From NCBI GenBank assembly GCA_951406725.2, contig OX597826.1, positions 34,100,001 to 34,164,000 of the forward strand: a DNA stretch of 64,000 nucleotides, given 5' to 3'. This document shows, in pieces, positions 40,225 to 53,378 of the stretch (position 1 is the first letter of the stretch; every line of letters begins with the position of its first letter). Made by a program: the position numbers and the translations under genes. The notes below the pieces were generated by a model. That model made no database searches, was not told where the DNA came from, and was given only the letters and a program-made list of their open reading frames with translations. The stretch is from Octopus vulgaris (taxonomy: Eukaryota).

Positions 40225-41100
40225 TCTCACTTTGCAGAAAGTCAAAGTAGCTTATGATTTAGGAGAAGGGTATGGTCAGATAAATCATTGCATGTCTATG
40301 GCTGATATTAAGCGCTGTACGAAAAATGAGAAACAGCTCGACTAGAAAGTCTTGTACATACTGTTCGCATTGTCTTATGTATTGTAGGTATGGAATTCGG
40401 GATTGAAGAGTGCGCGATATTTATAATGAAACGAAGAAGATTTGAAGGAGTGAAGGAATTGAAACACCAAATGGACAATCAGAGAAAGCAGCTAAGAGAG
40501 GAGAGTTGCACAAGTATTCGGGAACACCGAAAGCAGATGAAATAAAACATGAAGTGATGAAGCAGATTGGAAATAGCGAGGAAAGTATAACAGTCAAGGT
40601 TGAATTCGAAAAATGTTATTGAAGCGATAAATTCAAGAGCAGCGACGGTTTTCAGATAAGGATTGCACAAAAGGCGAAATGGAAAAACTTGGCAGAGAAT
40701 CTAGAAAGTTGTTGACTATGCGTGGAGCTCATCGTCCGAAAGATGATGTTAAACGGTGGTACGTGAAGAGAGACCAAGCTGGAAGAGATTTAATTGCAGT
40801 GGAAGAGTGTGTACAGATGGAAAGAAGAATCCTACTGGTATATTTTCACCCTAGTGCTGAGCAGAGAAATAAGTCTCTGTGTGAATCAAGTGTGGAACAG
40901 GAGGAAAGGACAAGAACGAAATTCAAAGCTATCATGTTAAACAGATTGATAAGAAATTTTTGACTAGTCATTTTTAGAAAGCCAATGAGGATGATAGTGG
41001 AACAAAGAGATAAGCTTGGTTGAAAGAAGAGCAACTCAAAAAAGACATGATCAAGTTGTGTAAGTTTTGCTGTGGGAGCGTTGTCAGAAACGGGGATTTG
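40225..41100 (+). pseudogene. R4/Dong-clade non-LTR retrotransposon RT fragment
   Basis: INHCMSMADIK (cf. HLLYMDDIK), GMEFGIEECA, SRLNSKNVIEAINS and RKLLTMRGAHRPKDDVKRWYVKRDQAGRDL. It lies between (CTA)n and (AAT)n. Confidence 0.85.
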
Positions 41101-41146
41101 GAATTGCACGGATGAAATGCAAAATCGAACTCAGTGGAGTTTAAAC

Positions 41147-41261
<115 letters not shown>

Positions 41262-41269
41262 CTATTACA

Positions 41270-41580
41270 GGCAGAAAGCCGACCTCAGTACATATTTCAT
41301 AGTACCTGAAGGATGTAAAGTAAATTCGATTTTAGTGGCATTTGAACTCAGAACATAAAGATGGACACAATGCTGCCAAATATTTTGTCCGACGTGCTGT
41401 CATTTCTGCTAGCCTGGCCCTTAAGAATAAGAATAAGAATATTTTCTAGAATATCGATCCCTAATGCTTGACTGGGGCTTATTTATCGATCCCGAAATTA
41501 TGAAAAGTAAAGTTTACCTGGGCGGGAATTGAACAAAGAACGGACGAAATGTCGTTAGGCATTTCGTCCAGTATAGCATT
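41270..41580 (-). mobile_element. Two old SINE family B fragments
   Basis: cctgaaggatgtaaagtaaattcga...tttgaactcagaac and ttatcgatcccgaaattatgaaaagtaaagtt...gaaatgtcgttaggcatttcgtcc. Confidence 0.65.
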
Positions 41581-41749
41581 TGAGAGGGTTTTCTGACTTT
41601 GTATCAAGAACGGCAACCAGATATAACAACAGTACCCCAGGGAACTTATACAACACATGCTGGGGTCGAAAAGTGGACATAAATTTGTGATGATGATTAG
41701 GAGAAGGAAGTGATGAAAGGGGAGATTTGGGAAGATAAGGAGGAGGATG

Positions 41750-41895
41750 CCCATGATGATGAGGACCATGATGATGGTGATGATGTTGATGATAATGCCA
41801 TTGATGATGATGATGATGATGATGATGGCGACGACGGCGATGACGACGATGATATTGGTGATGGGGATGAAGAAGATAATGGCCATATTCATGAT
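41750..41895. repeat. Degenerate (GAT)n tract
   Basis: Direct reading. It gives the D-rich and M-rich ORFs. Confidence 0.85.
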
Positions 41896-42426
41896 AACAA
41901 ATATGATATCAATTGGAGAGGCAAATCAAACTGCATGCTCTATGCTATTGCAATGTTGTTAAAAACCGCATCGTTAATCGTTTTCTAAAATTATCTTTTA
42001 AAGCGTATTTGGTTCTGTTAATGGATGGTGTGCCCGTATTGAAGTATGTATGTTCATGTATTGGCACAATTGCAGGCTTACGGATGCGACGATGCCCTAA
42101 AAGTATATAGGTTTCTATATTATTGACGAAGTGTATCTACTAAAAAACAATTTATATCTATATAAGAATATATATATATTTTATTTTTAACCAATATGGA
42201 CCGACCAATGTAGAATACGTATATCTATGAAAATATATACACATAAATATTGTTGACCGACGTTGGAAGAGGAGTGATAGACTATTGAAGTAGAGACACA
42301 TCTATCTTGAAGTAGATTTCCATCAATCAATCTATGTAACCTAGTTTGAACGGTAACAATAAATAATTCTTTACTTGTGTTTTTGAAAATAATCTTGTCT
42401 GTTTAATTCTTCTGTGCATCTGTATT

Positions 42427-42526
<100 letters not shown>

Positions 42527-42559
42527 CATATATATATATATATATATAAATACATACAT

Positions 42560-42600
<41 letters not shown>

Positions 42601-43114
42601 AATATATACATATATATATACACACACACATACATGTGAGTGTATGTGTGTGTGATTATCCGACATTTTATTATTTATTCCATGTTCTCAATATTTGTTT
42701 CCTTGTCCCTATTATTGACAATATTTCATTTATTACACATATTTATTGGTATATTTTCCGTTTTGTTTGTCTTGCACACATCCATCGTGATGTCTAATAT
42801 TGGTTGACCAATACAGGCAACGCACATCCATTTAAGTCCATACACATTCCTATTTTGTTCACCAATCGTTATACAACATCATGGGCGTTGCAATTTTATT
42901 GAAGAAAACGTGGAGCTCGCTCCGCAAATTTTCAAAATAGTTGTGTTGTTTGGAAGATACTGAGATCGAATTACAAAATTCTGAAATGTTGAAATATGAT
43001 TGATGTTACTGAGCAAATTAATTTAATGAAGAGTTAAGAAATTCTTGGTATTTTGTACATTATATGGAACAGAACACGGGTGACAGATGAGATTCTTCAA
43101 CAAGCATGGCAGTG

Positions 43115-43157
<43 letters not shown>

Positions 43158-43399
43158 CTGCAGCAGTAGCAGTAGTAGTAGCACTTAATGATTTTTTCCT
43201 TTGTTATTGTGGTGATTGCTGTGGTAGTGGTGATGTTCAACGTTGGTGGTGATGGTGGTGGTGCTGCTGCTGCTACTACTACTGCCACCTCCAGTACCAC
43301 CACTACTATCACAACTACTAACACTACTGTTACTACTGCTTCTGCTAATATTATCATTATATCATTATCCTCGTTCATATTCTTTATATCTTCTCTTCT

Positions 43400-44290
43400 C
43401 TTTAGTTATCAATCTCACGTTTCATTTTCTTTCCGCAGCTTAGAGACGCCACACTTTTCTCAACACATAAGCTTTCCAAGTAATGCTGCCAAATGAAGAC
43501 TTTCTATGAAGTTTGAGACTGGCAGCTTTTGATGCCAAGATATTGCTTTCTTTGAGATGGTCTCAAATGTACCGATCACAATAGGTACCACGCTCACGTT
43601 TGTGGCTCTATGGATGCATTTCACTTCCACTGCTAGGTCTTAGTACTTCTTGACTTTCTCGTTCCCCGTCTTCACAATATTCTGGTCTTCAGGAACTGCT
43701 ATGTTGATGTAGGCCCATTCTTTGGATTCTTTCCGCGGGAGAGTGACATATAGCCGGTTATGTTTCAGATTCCTCTTGATCATTCTCTGCTATAGGTAAA
43801 AATCGGTGCTCATACCACTTGCTGGAATGCGACTTTATCATGGCGTTTTTTTTTGTATTCCTTTTGAGCCATTTTTGAGCATCTCCTATTTATATGTCTG
43901 CCTCAGATGATTTTTCATTTGAACTACACGGATATGATTCCGCTATCTTATCAATGGTATACTTGGCTGAATTGGTTCGAAGAGCTTGTTTTTGAGCGGC
44001 AACATCAATCCTTCTGTTTTCTTTAAAAATCCATATCTTACCCATCTCCTGGATTCTTCTTCTTCATCCGATGTTTGGCTGGAAAAACCCTTCACGTAAG
44101 GCTTTCTCTTTCCGCTTGATTATCTTTCCTTTATTAGTCCTCATAACTTACTCCTTGAGGGTCTCGCCATTATCACTGGTCACATTCCCACTCAGCGTAG
44201 CCTGCAATATTTGTTTCATCACTATTCCGCAGATAGGCATGCGAGGGCGTTATCTCCTTCACAACAGAATCCTCAATTCCAGTCATTCCT
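43400..44290 (-). mobile_element. R4/Dong LINE 3' portion with restriction-like endonuclease (decayed)
   Basis: RWVRYGFLKKTEG..AAQKQALRTN, KRHDKVA, INIAVPEDQNI..EKVKKY*DLAVEV and VVPIVIGT...LRKV match the RLE region (RHD, D..., K..KY). Confidence 0.85.
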
Positions 44291-44339
44291 CTTTCAGTTG
44301 CTTTCTTGGGTAAGTAAAGTCTCGCTATGTTGCAAACTG

Positions 44340-45085
44340 TCCAATCGACAGTCCTTGCTATATTCTTTCTCTGCTAGTGACGTACATTGACTAGTAATAT
44401 GCCATACGGTTACACCATATTGTGCACAAATTCTGCACATATCACTTTCTGATGTGTTGTCTATTCTGTATTTCATATAATTAGTTCCTAATACTTGCTC
44501 TTGGGCTGCACAGATGAGAGCCTCCGTTTTCGGTTTAAAATCACTTTTAGTCATCCACAGCCATCTTTTTTCACTGTCTGTCTTATCTTCAACATCCCTA
44601 TGAAATTGTCCATACATTCTTTTCTTTATCCATCTATTTTCAGTTTCATTCATTCTCAATTCCTTGTACAGTGCTTTATCTTTGCAATCTTCCATCCTAC
44701 ACATGCCTAACCTTACTTCCAATAATAGCGGTTCTGTGTCATGTTTTACATACCATCCTATGTTGTTTTCATCTGCACTAAAGCTGTGTTCGCATCCAAT
44801 CAGTCCTCTTCTCCCTCTTTTTCTTGGTACACACCGTCTGTCTGTGTTTGGGTGGAGTATCCCATATCTAGTCAGCAACTTCTTCATCATTCTAAGCTGT
44901 TTAGTTCGTCCAGTGTGCATGCGATAACCCCTGCTCCATATCTAAAAAACTGACACCTCCCAGGTGTTGATAGCCTCACTTTTATTCCGTTTGTTTAATT
45001 TCGTCTTAATGATCACTCTCTGTTTGTGCAAGTACTCCACCTTAAGTTTTTCTGTTATTTCTTTCTCCATCCATTTAAGGATTTT
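44340..45085 (-). pseudogene. Second R4/Dong LINE fragment (RT thumb to CCHC region)
   Basis: ORF 44294-44920: KKLLTRYGILHP..VPRKRGRRGL..RMYGQFHRD..TEALICAAQEQVLGTNY..CRIC....TVWHITSQC. Confidence 0.9.
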
Positions 45086-45463
45086 GAATTTGCAGGTATT
45101 TGAAATTATTATTATTGTTGTTGTTGTTGTTATTATTACTATTATTGTTATTCTGAATGACTCTCTGATAGTTCTTAATTGCTGGTTATTTTTTACTTGA
45201 AAGCAGGCAAAAACAAATCACCAAAGTTTCAAGTAGTGCCTTTTCTTGTGACTCAAAGAGAGAATACATTCCTTAGAATGATCCTGCTATTAATCGAATC
45301 TTTGGTATCAGTGACGGGTGTAGTGATAATAGCTGTGATGGTGGTAATAATGTCTGTGACTGCGTTTGCAAGTAGAATGGTCGTGTTAGATGATGTGTAG
45401 TTTTAGTAGTAGAGATATTTGTCCCTGTGATGGTTGTGGTGGTGGCGATCATGCTAATGTTTG

Positions 45464-45502
<39 letters not shown>

Positions 45503-45799
45503 CATAATCATACATACATACATACATACATACATACATACATACATACATACATACATACATACATACATAAATATATACATACATACATACCTATGCA
45601 TACATATATACAAAATTATTAGAAAATGAAGATATATATATAAAATTTGTGAGTTCAACAATTAAAATATTAAATTTATTAACATGATACTATATTATAT
45701 CTTACTCTTATAATAATATAGCGTAATATAATAAATACTAAATACTAAATACAAATTACATGCAATTGTTTACATTCTTACACATAATAATACTATAAA

Positions 45800-45837
<38 letters not shown>

Positions 45838-46318
45838 TGTATGTATGTATTTATGTATGTATGTATGCATGTATGTATGTATGTATGTATGTATGTATGT
45901 ATGTATGTGTGTATGTACACACAGCCACATACACTCAAATATGTATGTATGTATATATGCATGTATATGTAAATGTATATAAGAAAATAAAATTCATATA
46001 TAAGAAAATGAGATGGCAAATGAATAAACAATTATCTTATGAACTCTATTGAACTTCATTAGTTTACGGCTGTGTTTTTTGCCATAACGTGCAGTGGATT
46101 CATAGTTGCGTGTCTGAGTAACACCTTAGAGCTTCTTGTATATATGTTTATACATACATGCAAACCTGTATATCTATATACATATATATGTACATACATA
46201 CATACATATACATATATATGTGTGTGTGTATTTGAATGCATGTATGTGTGTGTATATGTGTGTCCGTGTGTCTCTATCCATCTATCTACCTATCTCTCTA
46301 CACATATATTCACAAACT

Positions 46319-46358
<40 letters not shown>

Positions 46359-47156
46359 CTGTGATTTACGATCCTTGCGTGTGTATAGCGGTGCATGTCG
46401 ATTATCAGCAGGAGCACTAGCAGTTGGAGCACATGTAGCAGCCGCTGCACCGTTTCAGGATTGTGTGAGCATTGCTGTTGTATAAGAGAACATAACTAAT
46501 GGTGAAGATTTATGGGTGACTACACGCCCCCGAAGACTTGCAAGCAGCATGCATGATGAAATAAATTATGTGAAATGATTTACTGTTATTCTTCAATGTA
46601 ACTGATTATTATCAAATGAGAATAGAATGAGAAATGATTATACTTAGAAGTCTATTGGAAAGTAGAATTCCTACAATGGCTAAAACAATATCAAAGGAGA
46701 ACTAAGAACTAAACAGCAATATATTGGTGGAATGGGTGGAGAGGTGGGTAAAAAAAATTATTAAGAAAACTAAAGTGATACAGAGAACAACAAAGAAAAC
46801 CATACCAAAGAATAATGATAATGAGAATAATAAAAATAATAACGATGAAAATAATAATAAAACAAGGTAAGATATGAAAGATTGTCAATAATAGGGCGAT
46901 GCGATACAAAGATTGGAAATAAGGAATAAAGAGAAAAATAAACAGAAAATAAAGTTGTGAGATAAACACAATGAAAAATATAAAAATTAAACACCAATGT
47001 CAGAAAATATTTTACAAAAGAAGTAAATATAATAAAAAAAAATGTTTATTGTTTCTGTTCAAACTAGGTGAGGGTGATATATTCCAGTTACACAAATACA
47101 TTGTTATTTTTTTAACTTAGAATGAAGAACACTTTCACTGAAAAAGCATATGATAG

Positions 47157-47327
<171 letters not shown>

Positions 47328-47453
47328 GGTCCTTTGCGATGTTGAATTCCATAAAATCACATATTCCTATTTGAATTTTTATCACAAATGATATATATAT
47401 TGGAAGACATATGTATATAAGTTTATATATATAAAGGTATATATATTTATGTA

Positions 47454-47510
<57 letters not shown>

Positions 47511-47620
47511 ACCTATCTCTCTCTCTCTCTCTATGTATATATATACACACACACACATATATATATATATGTATATATTTGCATATCTATATTTGGAAAT
47601 ACACGTACGTATTCATATAC

Positions 47621-47672
<52 letters not shown>

Positions 47673-48168
47673 ATAAAGTTATATGCATGTGTGTGTGTGT
47701 ATACACAGACATATACATATATTTCTGTCTGCGCGTATGCACGTATACGTTGGCTGAGTAAATATATATCGTTAGATATGTTTCTGCTTGTCAAAATGAA
47801 CTGTTGTTTGTTTTGTGTAGAAATCACACTGTCACCTTTATCTTTCAAAGACAAAAATGCGCGCTCAAACACATGACTTTGCCCACAAAAGCAAAGCGCT
47901 GATATACACGCACGCACAACAACACATATATAAACGTTGTGTATATATTCATTATCGATATGTATACATATATACATATTTACATGTATCCGTATATATA
48001 TTTTCATACACGCACTCTGTCACACGCACAATCATATATAGGAATCTTATTTCTGTGTGCAGCGTATATATTCTTTTTATGTAATGATATTAATAAAAAA
48101 TTTAAGACCTACATGACAAATATCTTTGATAAACATGAAGTACTATATATATGTATATAAGTATATTA

Positions 48169-48210
<42 letters not shown>

Positions 48211-48324
48211 TAATATACTTATATACATATAGATACATATACATATATACATACATACATACATATATATATATATATACACATATATAATATATTTATA
48301 TACATATAGATACATATACATATA

Positions 48325-48384
<60 letters not shown>

Positions 48385-48417
48385 TATATATACATAAATA
48401 CATATACATACATACAA

Positions 48418-48575
48418 ACGGTTGGTGTTAGGAAGAGCATCCAGCTGTAGAAACATTGCCAGATCAGATTGGAGCATGTTGCGGCTTCCTGTCATGCAAG
48501 TCCCCAGTCAAACCATATAACCTATGCCAGTGTGGAAAACAGACGTTAAACGATGATGATGATGATGATGATGAT
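48418..48575 (+). mobile_element. 3' part of an RTE-related SINE/LINE with (GAT)n tail
   Basis: ggttggtgttaggaagagcatccagctgtagaaac...atgccagtgtggaaaacagacgttaaac(gat)n. Confidence 0.7.
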
Positions 48576-48580
48576 ATATA

Positions 48581-48641
<61 letters not shown>

Positions 48642-49949
48642 GTATATATATATTGAACTGTTCTGGTGATGTTTGGCTCTTGGAGTCAAAATCCTATACA
48701 AAGCAGCATGTAAATATTGAATTTAAAAAAGCATAGCGTTTTAAAATTTGTATGCTGCTCATGGGACTCGAAACCACATCTGCTATAGAAAGGAAGGCTT
48801 TGTAACTTTTGTCTCAAGTAATTCTTCCATTTTCTCTCTCCTCTTTAGATACGTTATTCTTACAAACGTAAATTTTATATTGTAGATCTCTTAAGTAATT
48901 TACCTACTTCAAGGGAACATGAAATATTACTTTTTTTTTACAGATGTAGTGTCATCGTTTTGTATATTGCTTCAACCAGTGTCTTGATGGTATTGTCTTT
49001 AGTGTGGCTCAGCTGGGGGAGATTAATTGTCACATATCATATGCTCCAGTGGGAATGAGAGAAGAGCTGCAGATTTGTAGATTTACTGACTTTGCTTTTC
49101 TACACTGCTCAACAGAGTGTTTCATCTAGAGCTGTACTATATAAAGCGCTCTATCAGAGTATCCGTTCTTCTTTTGTGCATCAACTGACTGTCACTCAAA
49201 ATGCCTTGTAGTATCTGGGGTCGAACCTTTACGCGTTGAGATCAAATTCCACCAAGGCTAACTTTACGTTTCATCCTGTAGGATTTGATAAAATAAAACC
49301 ATTCGTGTGATGCAATGAATCGATGTATACAAGTATTTTTCGCTCTCAGTTTAGTACTTGCCCCCATCATATGATGAACGTTTTCCAAAAAATGTCAATT
49401 TTGTTTTGGATAAAAATATAGTTTCACAAAGTCACCATAATTTTCTAATAAGAATTTCATAACTTTTCTAATATTAGCAATTAATCACATAATCCATTAA
49501 CTATTCATTCTTACTTTAGGTTTTTGTTCCTACTATTTTGCATCGATTTGCTTCTGCTTGTGAGGATGACAGAGATTGTTTATGATTGAAATATTTACAT
49601 AATATAATTACAATTATTTGCTATTCTTTTTATGACTGATTGCCTTGTCTACTCTAAACCTCTGACCTGTCAACCAGGATTAAAACCTGTTTACATTAAA
49701 ACACCAATAAAACACACTATTATATTTTGTGTAGCACAAAACCTCACACACGCCTAAAATGACCTCAAAAATTCTAAAATTATACTCATACGTTCAGAAG
49801 TTTAACCTGACGACCACTATGGTTATACAAATTTGCATATACATACATACATACCGTACATACATACATACGTACATACATGCATACATACATACATACA
49901 TATATGCATGCATACATACATACATACATGCATGCATGCATACATATAT

Positions 49950-50692
49950 ATACTCTTTCGTTTTCTCTCTCTCTCTCTTATTCTTTTACCTCCTCTTCTC
50001 CCACTATACTTTCCTTTTACTCTGTCACTATCTATCCCTCACTCCTCCTCCCTTGATCACGTGGCTCCCACGTGACCATAGACCGTCTTTCTCCTCTTAA
50101 TTTGTGTTTCTGTCTCTCCGTTGTAGTTGGAACAAGGAAGACGTGTTTTTGTTTGTCTCCTGTCCACGCTTGATTTACGCGTTCGCTACCACAACCTCTT
50201 GTTTCCACTGACCTGTTCGCTACCACAACCTCTGTTTCCACTGACCCTCCGCAAAATCCCAAATTTTAGTTAATTGCTTTGTGTATATTGTGTATATTGT
50301 TGTTAAATGCTCGAAATACGAGAGTAGAAAAAACAGCCAACAACTGATGAAGTGTCACTCTTTACGTTGTTTGTTTTGTTTTCCATTTGTGTCTTTGGTT
50401 GTTCGAAAGAATAGTTCATGTTCCATGTGCTCGTGCTTCGTATTTTTTGTTGTACACGTTTCGTGACGTCCTGTGACCACATATGCATAACGCCATGTTG
50501 AATCGTTAGCTCCTGCACGCATTTTTTTCTCTTCTTGTTTCTCTCCTTGTTTCTTTTCTGTGAATCTTTCTGTCGAAGAGCGTAGGCTTGAAACTTGTTT
50601 TATTTCTATTCCTGAGCGCCATACTAATACAATTGTTTGTTTGTACTCCACCTGCCTTCGTCTTTTGTTTATTTTCGTAAACCTTCCCGTTA

Positions 50693-50695
<3 letters not shown>
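49950..50695 (+). mobile_element. Longer copy of the 34085-34231 repeat (probable non-autonomous PLE derivative) between microsatellites
   Basis: The 3' ~150 bp are homologous to 34085-34231. It has an internal tandem gttcgctaccacaacctc(t)tgtttccactgacc (x2) and a hammerhead-variant remnant CTGTCGA a GAGC gtag GCTT GAAA at 50570-50593. Confidence 0.6.
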
Positions 50696-50737
<42 letters not shown>

Positions 50738-50814
50738 GTATAGATGTAAGTATGTACATATAGGTATGTATATATATGCATATATATATTATTTATTATA
50801 TATATATACAAGAA

Positions 50815-51425
50815 CAGTCTAACCGATGAGCTTCTATGAAGTCTCTGTCAACAAACTCTCGGAAACAGGATATGAGGCGACGGTAAACTATAAAATATGA
50901 TATTTGCCTTAAGGCAGTGAACGTTCTAGTGTACAAGAGAATGTTAAATATAAAAGTATACGTTCTTATGTTAATCGTCGCTGCTTCATGTGTTTCGATA
51001 TATTTATAACAGTCCGATAAAATTCTCACCGTTATCAGAAAATGTTGATTTTGCTTGCTTGCGTAGAGGAACAGAAGTTTCGACAAAGGCATGAGCAATT
51101 GAAACTGTGTTTGGTACTGAGGGTGTATATTCACGCCAAAACAAAATCCTGGCATTCCAATAATGTCTTTCAGAGCTCGATATGAAGTATTTTAACATAT
51201 GAGATCAATAGGTAATATTTATCCCCCCTTAAACTTCGAGTACTGTTTGAACAAATTTTACTGCGATAAATAGCTTGAAACCAACTCTCATATTGGCATT
51301 TAGAGCAAGATGCACGCTTCTTTATATCGCTAGCAGGGAAATGAATCCCCGTCATCTTCAGCACTAAGACCACCAGATCCCGTGCTTTCGCCCTTCTTGG
51401 TCTCATCAATAATGGACACTCGACC
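50815..51425 (-). mobile_element. PLE remnant related to 38685-39760
   Basis: Shares ggtaaac(a/t)ataaaatatgatattt (minus-strand peptide ISYFIVYR) with 39001-39024 and carries a hammerhead at its upstream end. Confidence 0.45.
51369..51416 (-). ncRNA. Type I hammerhead-like motif (C3U, decayed stem III)
   Basis: Minus strand reads CCATTA tTGATGA GaCC aagaa GGGC GAAA gcacggg ATC TGGTGG. Stem I is 6 bp with 2 G.U pairs, stem II has one mismatch, and the triplet is AUC. Confidence 0.5.
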
Positions 51426-51521
51426 GATGGAGATAGCAGCGACTCATCTCCCCGACAGCAAGATATAGTAAATCAGTGCCAGAATAGGCGCTGGCGTTCC
51501 GATTAATCAGTGATCTTGTTA

Positions 51522-51552
<31 letters not shown>

Positions 51553-51600
51553 TAAGCAACAGAGGCAGTATTATTAACGAGTTAATATTTGTCTCCACTT

Positions 51601-52062
51601 AGGCGGTGACCTGGCGAAACGTTAGCACGCTAGACGAAGTGCTTAGCGGTATTTCTTTTCTCTTTAAGGCGGCGAGCTGGCAGAACCGTTAGCACGCCGG
51701 GCGAAATGCGTAGCCGTATTTCGTCTGCCGTTGCGTTCTGAGTTCAAATTCCGCCGAGGTAAACTTTGCCTTTCATCCTTTCGGGGTCGATTAAATAAGT
51801 ACCAGTTACGCACTGGGGTCGATGTAATCGACTTAATACCTATGTCTGTCCTTGTTTGTCCCCTCTATGTTTAGCCCCTTGTGGGTAATAAATAAATAGG
51901 TATTGCTTTTCTCTTTACGTTCTGTGTTCAAATTCCGCCAAGGTCGATTTTACCTTTCATCCTTTCGGGATCGATAAAGTAAATACAAGTTGCGTACTGG
52001 AGTCGATATTATCGACTGGCCCCTTCACCAAAATTTCGGGCCTTGTGCTTAGTGTAGAAAAG
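51601..52062 (+). mobile_element. Older SINE family B (tail type 2) split by a nested SINE
   Basis: Head at 51601-51666 and remainder at 51918-52062. TSD aatatttgtctccactta / aatatttatctccagtta at 51584-51601 and 52063-52080. Confidence 0.88.
51667..51898 (+). mobile_element. Young SINE family B (tail type 1) nested in the older copy
   Basis: 19-bp TSD ggtatt(t/g)cttttctcttta at 51648-51666 and 51899-51917. Confidence 0.93.
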
Positions 52063-53040
52063 AATATTTATCTCCAGTTAAACGTGGATGTTCTGATACT
52101 ACTGTAGAAACCACGAGAAAAACTCTCGTGCTAGCTTTTGTTACAAGAGAATGTTTTTCTCATAAGTATTGCATCGAATGTCCTCTACGTTTTAGTCTAC
52201 AGGAGGGTATTAAATAGAAATCTGAACTTTTATATTCTGATGTCTGCTTTTCCAGATTGAAGAAATGAACTCAAACCTCTTCATAGCTTTATTCCATGTG
52301 AAAAGTACAAGATAACAGCTGTTATCTTGTACTTATAAATAGTCTTGATAAACTTACAAAAAGTTTTAAGAACGGTGACTATAAAGAAAACGAACTTTCC
52401 TCATACCGTCGCTGAAGAGCGTCTGGAGAGATTTCAAGGTCAAAACAGGAGTTGCCTAGATCGTTTCCTTTAATTGAAAAAGCTATTATTTTCATGTCTA
52501 ACTTTTCACAGATTTTTCACTCCATAAGCAATGTCTACCCCCAGTTCATGCACCATTAAACATATTACGTTTCCGAACTAATCTCGCTCAGTAAATTTTC
52601 CCGTGAAACAAATTTAATTTAATATTTGAAGCCGATGAATAACTAATTTAGTTTACATTGTGTTTATAGCCTATTACAGTGAATTAGATATGATGTAGTA
52701 CCTACCTAGAACGAAGTGGATTGGATCGCTATGAGCTAATTTTTTGGTGTGGTAAAATTAATACGTTAGATACGACAGGAAAAGCAAAACCGTGTTGGCG
52801 TTTTGTATGCTAACCTATTGAAAAAGAATAAATGGAGATATGCTCTAAGAATTCTAACAAGAAGTATAAAGAAAAGAGAAAGTTTAGCTTAATACTAAGT
52901 AAAGTCATTGTTTGCAACGTGTACAACAATATCTAGAACAAACATTTGCATATTTATTCTTTATATGTCTAGACAGGTTCAAACGCAAAATATGCCAGTC
53001 GCTGTACTGTATGTGAAGACGATAATGTGTTCAACACACG

Positions 53041-53094
53041 TGATCAGTTGGCTCTCGGATAGCACTGTTTCGACATGCTGGGTCTCATCAGTCA
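53041..53094 (-). ncRNA. Near-canonical type I hammerhead with full stem III and a 1-nt defect at the cleavage site
   Basis: Minus strand reads TGA CTGATGA GAC ccagcat GTC GAAA CAGT GCT atccgag AGC ca ACTG a TCA. Its core region is similar to the motif at 1925-1955. Confidence 0.55.
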
Positions 53095-53217
53095 AAAGTA
53101 TCCAGAAATTTTGAGTCTAGCCAAGCAGTTGGCTTTTTGTTATTTTCGGCGAAAAAAATTTTGGCATGCATTAAATAAGGCGAAATTGGAATTGTTAAAT
53201 CAATATTAATAGTCATC

Positions 53218-53378
53218 AAGGCGACGAGCTGGCACAAACGTTAGCATGCCGGACGAAATCGACTTTGCCTTTCATCCTTTCAGGGTCGATAAATTAAGAA
53301 CCAATTGCGTGCTGGAGTCGATCTAATCGACTGGCTCCCTCCCACAAAATGTTGGACCTTGTGCCTAGAGTAGAAAAG
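53218..53378 (+). mobile_element. SINE family B (tail type 2) with internal deletion
   Basis: TSD aatattaatagtca at 53202-53215 and 53379-53392. Confidence 0.9.

Noticed and set aside
50821-50845. CCGATGA gcttc tat gaagt hairpin
   Set aside because: No GAAA follows stem II, so it was not counted as a hammerhead.
50876-50925. Peptide TIKYDICLKAVN resembling an FN3 or cadherin strand
   Set aside because: It follows an in-frame stop and has no splice context. It is the antisense of the GIY-YIG-like ISYFIVYR shared with 39001-39024.
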